Made by a program: the position numbers and the translations under genes. The notes below the pieces were generated by a model. The model did no database searches, was not told where the DNA came from, and saw nothing but the letters and a program-made list of their open reading frames with translations. A DNA stretch of 64,000 bases from Octopus vulgaris (lineage: Eukaryota), in contig OX597819.1 in the NCBI GenBank assembly GCA_951406725.2, positions 92,380,001-92,444,000 of the forward strand, written 5' to 3'. This document shows, one piece after another, positions 40,938-55,159 of the stretch (positions are counted from its first letter, which is position 1; each line of letters opens with the position of its first letter).

Positions 40938-41530
40938 ATGTATATATATGTATATGCACACACACACATTTGCATAATTTCGTACTTACGAATGTTCTTT
41001 TTCTCACGTACTCAAGCATTCACACACGCGCACGCACGCGCGTGCACTATCGTACACACATACACAACATGCACATGTATGTATATTAGTACCATGCATA
41101 TAGACGCACAGTATTTTTCTTTGTATGTAATGATATTTTCGCCTCTAAGCGCACGTAATAATTACTGCGAGAGTATGCGTGTGCGGGTACATACTAGTAT
41201 GTATACACATGCACGTGCATACGTGTATCTGTGTAAATGTTGGATTTGCTTCTGTATCCCTAGATTGCTGGGGTATCAAAGATCCTCGTCATCTCTATCC
41301 CTCTATTCTTCAACCATGCCATATTCTACTGATAGTAACTTACAGAAGTGGTGTTTTGTTGTATGTAAGCATAAACACTTTTTATCGCAGATCGCGAAAT
41401 GTTATTGACAACGACCTCAAGAATTGAAACCTAAAAGTAACTTATCTTAACTTTGCAATGCCATACTAACCTCTAGCACCTCCAACGTTTTAACCGTTCA
41501 CATTTGCAGCATCTTCATTTCTTGTTTGTT

Positions 41531-41759
41531 CTTTTATTCTTTTACTTGTTTCAGTCATTTGGCTGCGGCCATGCTGGAGGACCGCTTTAGTCGAGCAAAT
41601 CGACCTCAGGAGTTATTCTTTGTAAGCATAGTACATATTCTATCGGTTTCATTAGCCGAACCGCTAAGTTACGGGGACGTAAACACACCACTATCGGTTG
41701 TCAAGCAGGTTGGGGGACAAACACAGACACACAAACATATACACACATACATATATTTC

Positions 41760-41796
<37 letters not shown>

Positions 41797-41942
41797 GACG
41801 GGCTTCTTTCAGTTTCCGTCTATCAAATCCACTCACAAGCCTATAGTAGAAGACACTTGCCCAAGGTGCCACGCAGTGGGACTGAACCCAGAACCATGTG
41901 GTTGGTAAGCAAGCTACTTACCACATAGCCACTTCTACGCCT
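41531..41942 (-). mobile_element. SINE family A, full length
   Basis: Same head, body and tail as the other family A copies. Confidence 0.9.
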
Positions 41943-43368
41943 AGTTTAGTTTATAACAAAGTAAAAACAATACTCTCCATCACTTCGGTTTAGACTAGGT
42001 TAGGATTCGGTTTGGCGATAATAAAAAAACCAAATCAGAAAAAAATCACTCTCTCCTTAATATTAACCAATTAGAAGTTCAATAATCAATACAATAAGCA
42101 ATATTAGAATGGTGGTAGAATATAATTCAATATCTATCTTTTTTTTTCTTTCTTCAGACTTCAGAATTGGAAATATTGGCTTTTAATCAACCGTACTGGT
42201 CATCTTCAACTAATTTGTTTTACAGAACGGAATATAAAAATATATTAGCTCTTTATTTGGTTATAGAGAAACGATAAACATGATGATGATGATGATGATA
42301 GTAACAAATAACAAAAACCACAATCAATAAGAATAACGAAAACATCAAAACTAAAGACAAAACTTAACAATAATACTATTTTTTTCCTGATTATATGAAG
42401 TCTGAGATAATTAGAGTTAAGTGCCCTACTCAATGACAATAAAAAATGCTTCTAGTATGATGCAAACGAAGAGTAATAATAATAATGATAGCATTAAGAA
42501 TATTATTTAGTAAATGTTAGAATAATAAAGATAAATAGGATGCTGTTTTATTTCTTTACGATAAGCATTAAAAACAAAAAACAAAATGAATATAGGTGTA
42601 CTTCAAATATGTATATACTTACATACATTCATACATACATATACTTATATACAAACATACATACATCCATATATGTTTGTGCGTATGTGCGTGTATGTGT
42701 GTAAGGATGTATGTAGCTATGTATGTATTGTATATGTTTTTATTAACAAAAAAGAAAACATCAGGAAAATAGAGTGTTTAAAATAATAATGGGATGAAAA
42801 TTTGTGGTTATAAACGTTTAAACTAATGTTTAACTAAATATGAACTTTCATATAATAATTAATGTGTACAATATTTATAATGTAATTAAACAGTTCACTA
42901 GTCACAAATGAAATAAAAAATAAAAAAATATGTAAATGATAAAATTTTAAAATATGGAAAAAATGTTACATATAATTACATTTCATATAATTTCATTACA
43001 TTAACCTTAATGTCCGAAAGTTCTTCAGCCACCAAGTACGTTTCCTTCGTTCAGCCCAATCATCTACGTCGCATCAAAGTTGTTATATAGCATCTTTCAG
43101 AAAACTTCTTCATGGTTGGTCATCGTCATGCTCCGGTACAACGTGGTTTGCGGCAGAAAGGAAGCCCAGGAAAAAGACGAATAAGCACTGTATTGCAAAA
43201 ATAACTTCAGTCTCTAAATTTGTTGCAGTGTAGGTGAAGGTCGGGTATGGTTGAACTGAGAGTTCTGAGTAAATTTGATTGAGGAACATTGTGTGGAATC
43301 ATGTTCTCTGTGTGTGTGTGCGCGTGCGTGTGCGTGTGCGTGTGCGTGTGCGTGTGTGTGTGTATGTG

Positions 43369-43433
<65 letters not shown>

Positions 43434-44499
43434 TGGCAAGTGTGTGTGTGTGTGTGTGTCTGCATTCACCACCGTTTGTGAACCGGTGTCGCTTTGATTA
43501 TCTCTCCGTACCCCAGCGTGATCGCAGTCCAATGACCGAAGTAAGTAAAAGATAAGATATATTTGTATAATTGCATTAGTCCTCTATATTAGTGTACTTG
43601 CAATGAATATATATATTTTCTTAAGAATAATTGAATTGATGTATTGATGCAAACTTTATTTTCTTGTTTATTTTTCTAATTCATTTACCGTTAAGTTGGT
43701 CATTTTTCTCACACTAATTACCAGGAAAGCATATTTTTACACTTAGTACCTTTTTAAATTTTAATCTAATTCACGTATAATATCCTTTTCCAGCATTTAC
43801 CTGTAACTCTGTGCATTCTACAGCTTATAGTACATAAACCCTTAAGTATTTAGTTTGTGTTAATTCTCGTCCATGTGTATTCATCTAAAATGACAATGTT
43901 TCTGTTTATGAAATTTCTTTTTGGAGCATTTTTCCGACTCGAATCTCATATCAATGACTTTAGTGTATTTGTGTACTATCTGTGAGAGTGTTTCTAGGTT
44001 TTATCATCTTCATTATACATCCTGCAACTTATCGTCGCTTCGATACAAAAGTACTAGCATTCGTGTCCATTCTGCTTTAAAATGTTGTTTAAAGATCAGG
44101 TAGAAAAGTGACGAGAGGGCAAGTTTCCTGGAGATATTTGTAATCTAATAAAGACAGGATTTATTTTCATCATTCTTTCTTTTGCCTTTACTAGGAGAAT
44201 TGTTTGCTTTTTACCTATGACGCGCTTAATATAACTATATATTTTTGGTGTTTTTCTTTCACTAAATGCATCGAGAAAAAGCATCAAGAGCCTTCTGGTA
44301 GTCAGTCAATTCATATGTAATTCGGACACTGCTTTCTCTTTCGCCAGTCACCATGGCTTTGTTCATCTATAAAACCATTTAAGTCTTCACTTCATCTCTT
44401 ACTTTGTCCTGGTAATGTGTTGTTGGGTATTAATAACACTTTTCGTTTTTGTCAACCAGTTAGATGTTGATTCAGGGTTTTTAACCATTTTGTTAGTAA

Positions 44500-44875
44500 T
44501 TGCTGTACATATTAGATATTTCCATGAGACTTTTATGATTTCCTAGTGTCTTTTAGTTATCTGATTCTGTAATGCTTACTCTCTTTCTTGGCTTGATTTA
44601 GTTCCCCATGACTACTCATTAATCTGTTCCAAACAACGAACAATCTACGAGGAGTCAATTATTATCCATACCACTTTTCACATTTCTTAATACTTGCTGT
44701 ACGTATTAGATATTGCTATGAGACTTTTATGATTTTCTGCTGTCTTTTAGTTATCTGATTCTGTAGTGTTTACTCTCATTCTTGGCATGATATAGCTTCC
44801 CTTGACTACTCATTTAATCTGTTCGTTGTTTGGATATCCACGAGAATCAACTATTATTCATACCCATTTTCACAA
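44500..44875. repeat. Tandem duplication, ~194-bp period
   Basis: ttgctgtac.tattagatatt..atgagacttttatgattt at 44500 and 44694. Confidence 0.85.
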
Positions 44876-45155
44876 ATTATTTTTTTACTTCTCTTGCTGT
44901 CGGCACTGCATTTATTTATATATCAGTTTGTATTAGTTCTTCAAAAATGATTTTGGGTAAAATTGCTTTTTTTAAAAGAATTTTTGAGGTTTTAGGTAAC
45001 AGCATATAAGTTATGCAAGTTAGTGAGACTCTTTTGGTTGATGCGTTCTTTGATTTCGCATATTCTTCGATGTTTATTTTAATGTTATGTTGATATTTTT
45101 TTTAGCATTTTTCACTTTTCTTCAGCTGTGACTTCTTTCCCTGATTGATTTATTC

Positions 45156-45548
45156 TTTATTCTGCCATTTGTTTCAGTCATATGACTGCGGCTATGCTGG
45201 AGCACAGCCTCGTTTTTGTCGAATGGATCAGCCCCATGTACATATCTTTTAAAGCCTGGTACTTATACCACGAAGTTACGGGGCCATAAACACACCAACA
45301 CCGGTTGACAGGAACAATGATATCGCCAGGATAGACGAAATATCTGTAGCTAACAGATACAGTAAGTTACATAAAAATATAAGTACTCACTCTTATATAC
45401 TGTTATAGATACATCAAAACTACATGCAAGAAAATGTAGACAATAATAGAAATAATATATCATACCTTAATGAAAGGCGCAAGCGTAGCTGTGTGGTAAA
45501 GAGCATGCTTCCCGATCGCATAGTTGCTAAGCGGTGGTGGTAGGAGAA

Positions 45549-45617
<69 letters not shown>

Positions 45618-45903
45618 CGTGACCGACCAGGCTATCAGATGTCGCTACACATCGCTAGTCACAACGCGCTTTGCATTGTTTTAGCCTTCAAGTGACGCCA
45701 CCCCGCTGGCTAAGCGAGCAGGCCAACATAAGAAAGAGTGAGATAAAGTTGTGGCGAAAGAGTACAGCAGGGATCGCCCCCTCCCATGCCGGAGCCTCGT
45801 TGAGCTTTAGGTGCTTTCGCTCAATAAACACTCACAACGCCCGGTCTGGGAATCGAAACCGCGATCCTACAAACTGCCGTAACCACTAGGCCATTGCTCC
45901 TCC

Positions 45904-45942
<39 letters not shown>

Positions 45943-46105
45943 CGACGGGTTTCTTTCAGTTTACACCTTCCAAATCCATTCACAAGGCTTTGGTCGGACC
46001 GAGGCTATAGAAGAAGACACTTGCCCAAGTTGCCACGCAGTGGAACTGAACCCAGAACTATGTGATCGGGAAGCATGCTCTTTACCACACAGCTACGCTT
46101 GCTCC
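45156..46105 (-). mobile_element. SINE family A interrupted by an inverted duplication and a nested SINE
   Basis: Tail 45156-45305, body 45526-45570, head 45940-46105. Confidence 0.8.
45615..45903 (-). mobile_element. SINE family B, near full length, inserted in (TA)n
   Basis: tRNA-like head gcaatggcctagtggtta..ggtttcgattccc; 3' end matches 62079-62197. Confidence 0.85.
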
Positions 46106-48881
46106 TTTCATTAAGGTATGACATATTATTTCTATTATTGTCTGCATTTTCTTGCATGTAGTTTTGATGTATCTATAACAGTATATAAGAGTGAGTACTT
46201 ATATTTTTATGTAACTTACTGTATCTGTTAGCTACAAATATTTCGTCTATCTTGGCGATTTCTTTGTCCCTGTTAATTTTCATTAAGTCTGCAATGACAT
46301 TTAAAGAAGCGTTGATATTTCACCGTTGAGAGCTTTCCTTCAAAGGTGCTTACATTGGTCCGTTGGAAGGGCTTCCTTCAATTTTAACATTTTAACAATT
46401 TCAACATTTCTATTGATGTCATATTCATAATCTTTAACTTCAACATTTTCAGTTTATAATTCTTTCTTATATGTTTTATTCATTTATTTTGCTTTCTTGT
46501 ACCTCGGTTGTTATTGGTGAATTTCCGTAAATGTTCTAGAATTTGGCTGAGTTGTTTTCTTATCTACTTTGTTTTTCACATTTTCTACTTCATGGCATCC
46601 ATTTTAAATGCTTTTATTCACTTTATGGCTTTGTTAAGTATTATGTGCTTTAAATGTTCTACTTATATAGTTTCGGCTTTTCCATCAATATAAATTATAA
46701 CTAAGAAATAGCTAAAGAAAGTCAAAAGCATTTAATAGTTTATAGATAAATGAGACGGATAAAACGAAGCACATGAAAAAGAAAAGAAAAACTCTGTCCT
46801 GTGCATTTCATTGACCCCCATTCACGATTTTGGAGCAAGTAATTAAGGGTAACATGAAATAATGTATCTTGCATTGCAGCTGGAAGATCTTACTCTGCAT
46901 ATTATTTCAATGGGTTAGGCAGTTCTTCTCAAGTCGGAAAATAACACTTGAATGAGGAAAATATCTACAATTCAATTATTTGCTTAAGCAGTTCATACAA
47001 AGTTTTCTCAGGTTGATAGGTGGGCTTAGAATACCTGATGGTAATTGGAATGGAACGTGGCATATTCATTTAGATATTAATGTGCCAAGCAAGCGCATGA
47101 AGAAGAGACACGGAGTGTCAGTGAATGTGTTATTTATGTGCAAAGTGAAAATAGCCTCGAAATTCTTCACAAAAGATCCAAATTCGAACGAAAATTCTAG
47201 TCAAATAGGAATTAACGGAAGAAACAAAATCTTGGATAAGTAGTTGTAGAAGTTAGGTGTTTGTTGAACGTGGCTCAGTTCAGCAAATCATATCTGGGGA
47301 TGGAATCTTTAAGGGAATCCACAGAATCACCTGTTTGGCAGCTGCCTGAAATACCAGCCAAATCTCATCCAAATTACAAATACCATCTTGTACATAAAAA
47401 AATAATAACACAACATAAAAATGGGATTATCATTGCTAGAACGCCTTTGATCATAGGTTTCCTTAATTAGGTCTGACCTGGAGCTAAACAAATAAAAGCA
47501 ACAACAGCAATAGCAGCAGCAACAACAACAGCAACAACAACGAAGATAAAGTAATAAGTAAAACTGAAAACAGACATGTCAAGTTTGAGAAAGAAAACAA
47601 ACTTTATAGTTGGCCTGGCAATGAAATAAAAATGCGAAGTGATAAACAAGGTATGGCAGATAATGATCACGAACGAATACTGTTTTGTTCAAAGAAAGTA
47701 GAATATACAATGGCTAAGAGGAGGAATTTGATTGTAGAAGAATCATAATCTCTGGAGAAAGACGTATAAGAAAAAAACATAAAAAAGTGAAATCTAAAAA
47801 TAGAAACTTTTAAAAAGCTTTTGAGGAGCTGAGGTTTGCTTAAACAATATAAGAATAAAATATACCAAGTGAGGTATTTAAAAGCGTAGATTGAAAAAAA
47901 AAAAGCAATCGGTGTTAATACTGTAACTGCTACTACTTAGATTCTAGGAAGAAAGATATTTTCTCATTAACGAATACATATAGTAAAACATATATCAGTC
48001 AAAGTAATTGACAACGATAGAAATGCTATCACATTAACCCTAGATATACTTGTAGATGCTACGAAAGGAAAGCTATAACTAGTTATTCTACTGTATGGGT
48101 AAAAAATATTTGTTAGGAATGGTTATTTTTAAAGGCATAAGAATGTCTTGATCGTCCTAGCAGAAGTTTCAGCAAATCAAGAGAAATTTTGAAAACGTCT
48201 TGTACAAAAATAGATGCGTTAGATGTACCACAGAAGAGAGCAATGAACAGAGATTGCTTTAAGATTTCAATGAATACATTCATGACTTTGCTACAGGCGA
48301 AAATCAGGCTTGTATTTAGGCTACTTTAAACTGTGAATACTCTATTGTGTAATATTTTACCATATTCACAATGAGTGTTTATTTTCCGATTTAGTTACAT
48401 TTGACCAGTTATAAAATTCGATGTTGGAAATGCTGTATAAACTGTAGGTTGTAACGAACGATGCATGCCTTAAAATCATCTGTACAAGAAGTCAAATGTC
48501 ACAGAAACCTACACTTACATTTGTACACAGGGACAAGCAGAATTGTCTGATACCAGATCAAGACACTCTTCAGTCTTTGTATCGGGTCCAAATCCATTCG
48601 AGGCATTCCGAGTCCAAATCCATCCGAAGTCTAATTTGTCTTTCATACTTTCGGATGAAATTCCCAGGCCAGGACGATTGAATGGCAGCAGGTTTAGAGA
48701 GTCAGACGATATGCTTTGCTATATTTGTTCCAGTCATTTGTGTCCTCGGTTCTTAAGTTATAATCTCCAAATAATATCACCAATTGGTGATATTAAATGC
48801 GGAAATTACTGGATTACAAGCATTTCAACTTGAACACCTTTTAGGAGGATAACTTCCTCTCAGAACCTTAAAATATACTTT

Positions 48882-49091
48882 TATACTCTAGGCACAAGGC
48901 CCACAATTTTTGGGGAGCGGTCAGTCGAGTAGATCGACCCCAATATGCAACTGGTACTTAATTTATCGACCCCCGAAAGGATGAAAGGCAAAGTCGACCT
49001 CAGCGGAATTTGAACTCAGAACGTAAGGACAGATGAAATACTGCTTAGCATTTCACCCTACATGCTAATGTTTCTGCCAACTCACCGCCTT
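48882..49091 (-). mobile_element. SINE family D (Nin-domain-like), full length
   Basis: ggtacttaatttatcgacccccgaaaggatgaaaggcaaagtcgacctcagcggaatttgaactcagaacg. Confidence 0.85.
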
Positions 49092-50771
49092 AGAAGCTCT
49101 AAAATATAAGAATGACAATGAACGCTATACAAACCTGCTTGGCTAAGTTGAAAAGAAAACTACCAACCCATAATGATAAGCATCACTGAAAGACAACTAG
49201 GTCAAACAAGTCTAAAATATATAAATTGAGTCTATCCGATACGACAGTTACTAAACTATCAGATATAGAATGGAAGAATATACCCACATATATTTTCATA
49301 AGAAAATAAATTTCCATATGAAACGATCACCGAAAGAAATTTACAAAGTTTGAGTAAGCAAGGACAACATTTTCAAACCGGAGTTTCCTTGAAATGAAGG
49401 GTTTTCTGAGAGAAAGAAGACAATCAACTCAAAGTATTGATGAATATGCTAACTATATGCAAGTTATTTTGTGTATACTTTTTATATTTGTAATTTTATT
49501 ATACACACTCCGAAAATTCCCTAGAGTAATGAATTCTTGGTAGCTGTAATTAGTAACAGGACCTTACAGACAAAGAACGACTCCTTAAGAGAGACTTATA
49601 AGTGTATTTGTTCTTAGTTGAGGGGACGTTTGTGAAGCAGTCTTAGGCAGTGGTGAGGCGTTTGATTTAATATTTCATTGTCATGTAAAATTCAATTTAA
49701 GAAAGTGAAAGAAAAGTTTAACAAAAGTATGTAATAAGCATGATATCGAGATTCCACAACATAGAAATATATTTTAAGGGTTAATATAAAGAAAAAAAGT
49801 TTGGGAAAGACCGGTTTAGGATAATAAATAAAACTATTAAATACCCAGAGCATGGTTATATAAAAGGATTACTTTTATCTTTCCTCTATGGCTTTTTATA
49901 GTTCGATTATCCTGTACTTTAACAATTTAGTGTCTTTGTTAAGGAGACAATACAACATTTGTAAAGAAATTCAAACTGTTGATTCTCCGCGTGATATTTA
50001 CACAACTTATCGATTCGGATATATTGCCAGGCTATGGATTTGTAGATATAGCAGTATGTTGGATGAGATGTATAATATACACTGTGAGGTTAAAATGCAA
50101 TCGATATCGATGCTTTTATCATTTTAGGATATATAACTATAGACCATTAATTATACTGCAGGGAGACTGAAACAATCGTTAATATACAACTTCAATAGGA
50201 AATGTGGTACTGTAATAAGTCTAAATAAGTGAACTAAGACAAAAATAAGTTGAATATTAATGCAGTCAACTAAGACATGACAAAAAAAAAAAAGATCGCA
50301 AATAGCATAGCATAGCATTTCACTAAAACAGAAATAATGATCGCACATATTACAGTCAGGAAAGATATTGAAACATGAGCATAAAGTGCACATATTGCTG
50401 TGAGATATAATAGAAAAAAATGACCATGAATTGCCTATTTATGCAGTTAGCTAAGATATGAAAATGAGTGTAACGTACATGCCATTACAGTCACCTTATA
50501 TAAATATAAACTGTACATAAAAACGGTCGACACAAGTCCAGATTAGTGCCGCTAGCTAATATATAAAAAAATGAGCATAAAGTGCATACGATACATTGAG
50601 GTATTGTTTCAAATCAAACATAATGTGCCGTATCATTGTTGTTAAAGGTATCAAAATTATTTCAAGAGTGTTGCAGAAGCTTCCGAGAAAACTTAAATGC
50701 TTAAATAAACAGAAAGTTCCAATATATATTATAATCAGATAAAAAATTAATGATTTTGTCTATAATAATCC

Positions 50772-51441
50772 TTTCAACTAAAGGCACAAGGCTTGGATTT
50801 AGTGGGGAGGGTAAGTCGATCACATCGACCTCAATACACAACTAGTACTTAATTTATCGACCCCGAAAGGTTGAAAGGCAAAGTCGACCCCGGCGGAATT
50901 TGAACTCAGAACGTAGCGGCAGACGAAATACCGCTAATAATTTCGCCCGGCGTGCCAACGATTCTACCAGCTAGTCGTCTTGATTATGTCTATAATAATG
51001 CTATTAATGCTAGCAGTATTATAGCATTATTATAAGGTGGCGAGCTGGCGATATTTCCCTCGTCGCTACTTTCTGAGTTCAAATTCCGCAGACGTTGACT
51101 TTGCTCTTCATCCTTTCGGGGTCGATAATTTAAGTTCCAGTTGCATACTGGGGTCGATCTAATCGACTGGCCTCTTGCCCCAAAATTTCAGGCCTTGTCC
51201 CTATAGTAGAAAGGGTTATTATAAAGACGGCGAGTTGGCAGAATCGTTAACATGCTGGACGAAATGCTTAGCGGCATTTCGCCCGACGCTAAGTACTGAG
51301 TTCAAATTTCACCGAGGTCGGCTTTACTTTTCAATTTTTCAGAATCGATAAATTAAGTACAAGTGGAAAACTGGGGTCGATGCAATCGACTAATCTCATT
51401 CCCACAAATTTGGGGCCTTGTGCCTCCAGTAGAAAGGATTA
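50772..51441. mobile_element. Cluster of three family D SINEs (one minus, then two plus)
   Basis: 50772-50981 (-), 51034-51218 (+), 51223-51441 (+). Confidence 0.85.
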
Positions 51442-53459
51442 TTTATATCATTATTGGAGTAAAGAAATATATTTATATCATTATTGTTTATTATTATCAT
51501 ATCATTATCATTACGATGTTTTAAATCAAACTTTAGTTACACACAATCACTGGTACACACGGACAAATACACACAGTCACACCCACACAGATACACATAT
51601 ACGCTTATATATACATATGTGTAAAGGTACTCATGATTGCTCATGATTAAGCAATCGTAATCATGATTGCTAGACCGCAGGTTCGATTCCCTGACTGAGC
51701 GGCTCGTCGTATTTTTGAGCAAAAGAAAGGATAGCGAGCTCACGATAATTTATTTCTTCATGGTCCTGCAAATTGGTTTGATAAAAGGATGAATGTTCTC
51801 TTCAATCGAATCTTCAGCCCTAGTAGTTGCAACAGACCGATGTGTTTTCAAGGCTATTAACGGTAAGATAGTTGTGTTAAAGTGAGATTACGTATCTACC
51901 TCACAGGAATTCAGAATGCAATGATTCGGAACAAGCACCGTAACGAATCCTCTTTAATAGTCTAATATTTCCGTCAATTCACTGCCTTGAATTGATATTG
52001 AATGGTGTCGAACCCAAATGATTATAATTTTGCAAAATTTGAAGTTCATAATAAGTAGAGAAAATAAGTAATTTCTTAAATAAATCAGTGAAGCAGAAAC
52101 TGCTTGGGATCGAACTTTTTTGTTTTGTGCTATCTCTGTTACTATGGTAATTTCCCATTCTGATTGAGGGATGCCATATAATTATGCCTAAGATAAAAAT
52201 AGAGCTTAAGGAAAAGTTCAGTGAAGCAAGAAATAAGATATTTAACCTTTATAATATTTCCACAGTGGAAAGTAACATTATTGTTCAAGTAGAGAGTGAA
52301 GTGCATCCAAATAATTATGACATTTAATAGAATTGCATGACTTAAACTCAGAAATAAAATAGTCAGCCAGTTTCCTTTTCTAATTTGAAACACGATCAAC
52401 AGTGAAGTACCATCCTACGATGTATTCTGAGAAATATTTTCGTACCATTAAGGTTACAAATATAATAGGGGAGGTAAAATCTTGTTCTGGACGATCACTC
52501 TTAACTTTTAATTATAACATGCATCACGTATTAATTGGTAACTTGTCTCTTCAATGTATCCTGCCGAAAGTAGTAATACTTTCATAATCAATACTATTAA
52601 AATGTGGTAACTATTAGGAGCTTAATAAACGTTTGAAGTGTTATATTATTCTCACCCTTCATAAATGAGAAGGATTTTTGAGATTCCCTGAGATGCATCT
52701 CCTTCTGAAGATAAAAAGGATTTTATTTTAATGGCATAATTTGCTATTGCTTTTGGATTAGTTCTAGAATGTTGTTTTTATGATGGAGTGTAAGGAAATT
52801 ACTACCGATAACGTATTTAGTCATTCTTAATACGTTCTAGCAGTTTCGAACGTGAATGTCTGATTGCTCTTTGTTTTCGCCACCAGGGAGCATCTCTTTC
52901 GTTCAGGTGATGATTGTTCAAAACACCCGTGCTTCATCGATGCACTTGTACTAATGGACTTCAAGAGACAGTAGGGTTTCGACTTCGTTGTGTGTCCCCA
53001 CAGGGGAAGACAAGCTATCCCATGGCCAGACTTTAGAATCTCACAAGCGAACAAACTCTTGTTAATAGGAATCGGCAAACTTTTTCTTGCTGTATGGAGA
53101 TGCTTTCCACACGGAATAATTTATAGAGTGTAAGTAGAACATTGAGAATGCAACCAATAACGTATCTATTCGTTCTAAATAAGTTCTCCGAGATTGAAAC
53201 ATGAATATTTGATTACAGTCTTTTTTTGCCGCCCGAGATACTCCCCTCCTTTGAGGCGATGTTTATTTACAACGAAATCTAAACACCGCGTTGGTTTGAA
53301 ATAGTCTTACACTGTAGAACCGGTGAGGTACCTGTTATGATGGCACATCACCTAAATGAATAAGGTGTTCTTAAGTGGCGAAGACCAACAGCGATCAGAT
53401 ATACACGTTCGGACCTATCAAACTGTACTAAGAATGGATAAATGCTTTTTAAAATGTTG

Positions 53460-53620
53460 TTTTTTGGATAACCCTTTCTAATTCTGAGCAATGGATCTTC
53501 GATATTTGTCAACGGTAACATGACAACACCTTCAAATATTGAAATGGCGAAAGGAAGAATTTCGACAGCTCTCTTTTGTTCACTCACAGCTTTACCAGTA
53601 TGTATTCCATTCTATATCTA
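53460..53620 (-). pseudogene. Possible hAT (Charlie-type) transposase C-terminal relic
   Basis: KRAVEILPFAISIFE..NIEDPLL weakly recalls the hAT dimerisation domain (AVKILLPFATTYLCE..NVEDDLRL). Confidence 0.2.
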
Positions 53621-55110
53621 TTTTCTTTTGTAAAGTGTCAACGCACTGAAATTGATGAGGATGTTATTTGGCATTTATAACTTTGTAGGCAATTTTTGTT
53701 TGTCGAGAGCTTCTTTGTCTTCAATGAAATTGAACATTAAGAATGTGCAAAGTGCACATTGATACTTATTTAAATTTAGTTATCAAAGAGTTGCATAATG
53801 GAGACATTCATCGTTCACGGATTTGATAAATGATGTTGAATGAATGAATATTTCAACAATCTCTATTATATATAAACCATCATTCTTATATTCATACTTG
53901 TGTAACTAAAACGTAGAACGCCTGTGCAGTGAGAGGAAACCTTCGTTGAAGACAAGTTTCAAATTTGTTCATTATCGCAGCTATTGGTAAAAATATATAT
54001 TAGTATACAATAGATAAATAATACGCCTCTGTTATTCAAGACAATAATCTGCTATTAAAGATGTTATGAAAAACTGTATCTTCTTAATGGGCTCATAATT
54101 TATTGCAGTCAAAAACAAAAGGTTTTTCTGAGATCCTTTTAAATTGTGGAAATACACTACGGTTAAATGTATTAGTGTTACAGTTTCACAGATGCAGGTA
54201 TCAAATGTGAGGAGTGAATGCCAAAAAGATCCATAGATAAGTGAACAAGTGTACTGAATGGGCTTAAGATTAATTACGTAGAAATATTAATTTCGGTGCA
54301 GTGCAATATGAGTGTGTGTGTATGTTTCTGAATATCCGTTATAATTGAGGAATTATTTAGTTTTCTTCCATGAAAAACGTGTAGGATCTAGTTTATATTA
54401 CAAAGAAGAAACAAAACTAATAATGATCACACTTAAGCAGATATATTTTCTCCCTCCAGTCTATTTCGGTTCAATTGTAATCTTCTCACAACGCCTTTTA
54501 CATCTTCCCATAATTGTATTTAATTGTTTTGCCTGTTCATTCATTTTTATTATTGGGACGCTTTGGAGAACTTCGACCTCTGTCAAGGTCTAACATCGAC
54601 TAAATTTCCCTTGTATCGTTCTAAGTACACGTCACACAATCTTCTCCTGTTTTTGGATATAATATTTCCTTTTCGTGTCAAGAAATTTCAGCGTATTCTC
54701 AGCCCTATATCCGTCTTAGCTAAAGGCATAATTTAATTTCATATACTTGCTATTGATGACTTAACACTAAAACTCGGGTGCGCAGAGATGAATTCACAGT
54801 TCTGTTGCCTAATGCAACAAAATTACCCTGGCCCTCAGTTATTCTCTTTTTCACTGATCTTCAGCTTTATGTTAACATCTGCGGGGCAGCTAATTTCCAC
54901 AAGTGTATACTGCTTCTCTTCTCTATCTCAAATTATTATAATAGGTCTGTTGTGCTTACATTTTATTGAAGTTTTCACTGGGACATTCCACCAGTACACC
55001 TTTATATTATGAGTGGGTATGGCTTCTACCATACTGTGGGTTTTTATTTCTTATATCTTGTACGTATGTATGTATGAATATATTGATGGATATGTACATT
55101 CATATACAAG

Positions 55111-55148
<38 letters not shown>

Positions 55149-55159
<11 letters not shown>

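Noticed and set aside
42159-42280. Next exon of the candidate + strand gene
   Set aside because: Strong acceptor (ttttctttcttcag) but no convincing donor or recognisable peptide.
43700-45150. Old LINE on the minus strand
   Set aside because: Strand-skewed composition suggests it, but I could not read diagnostic motifs.
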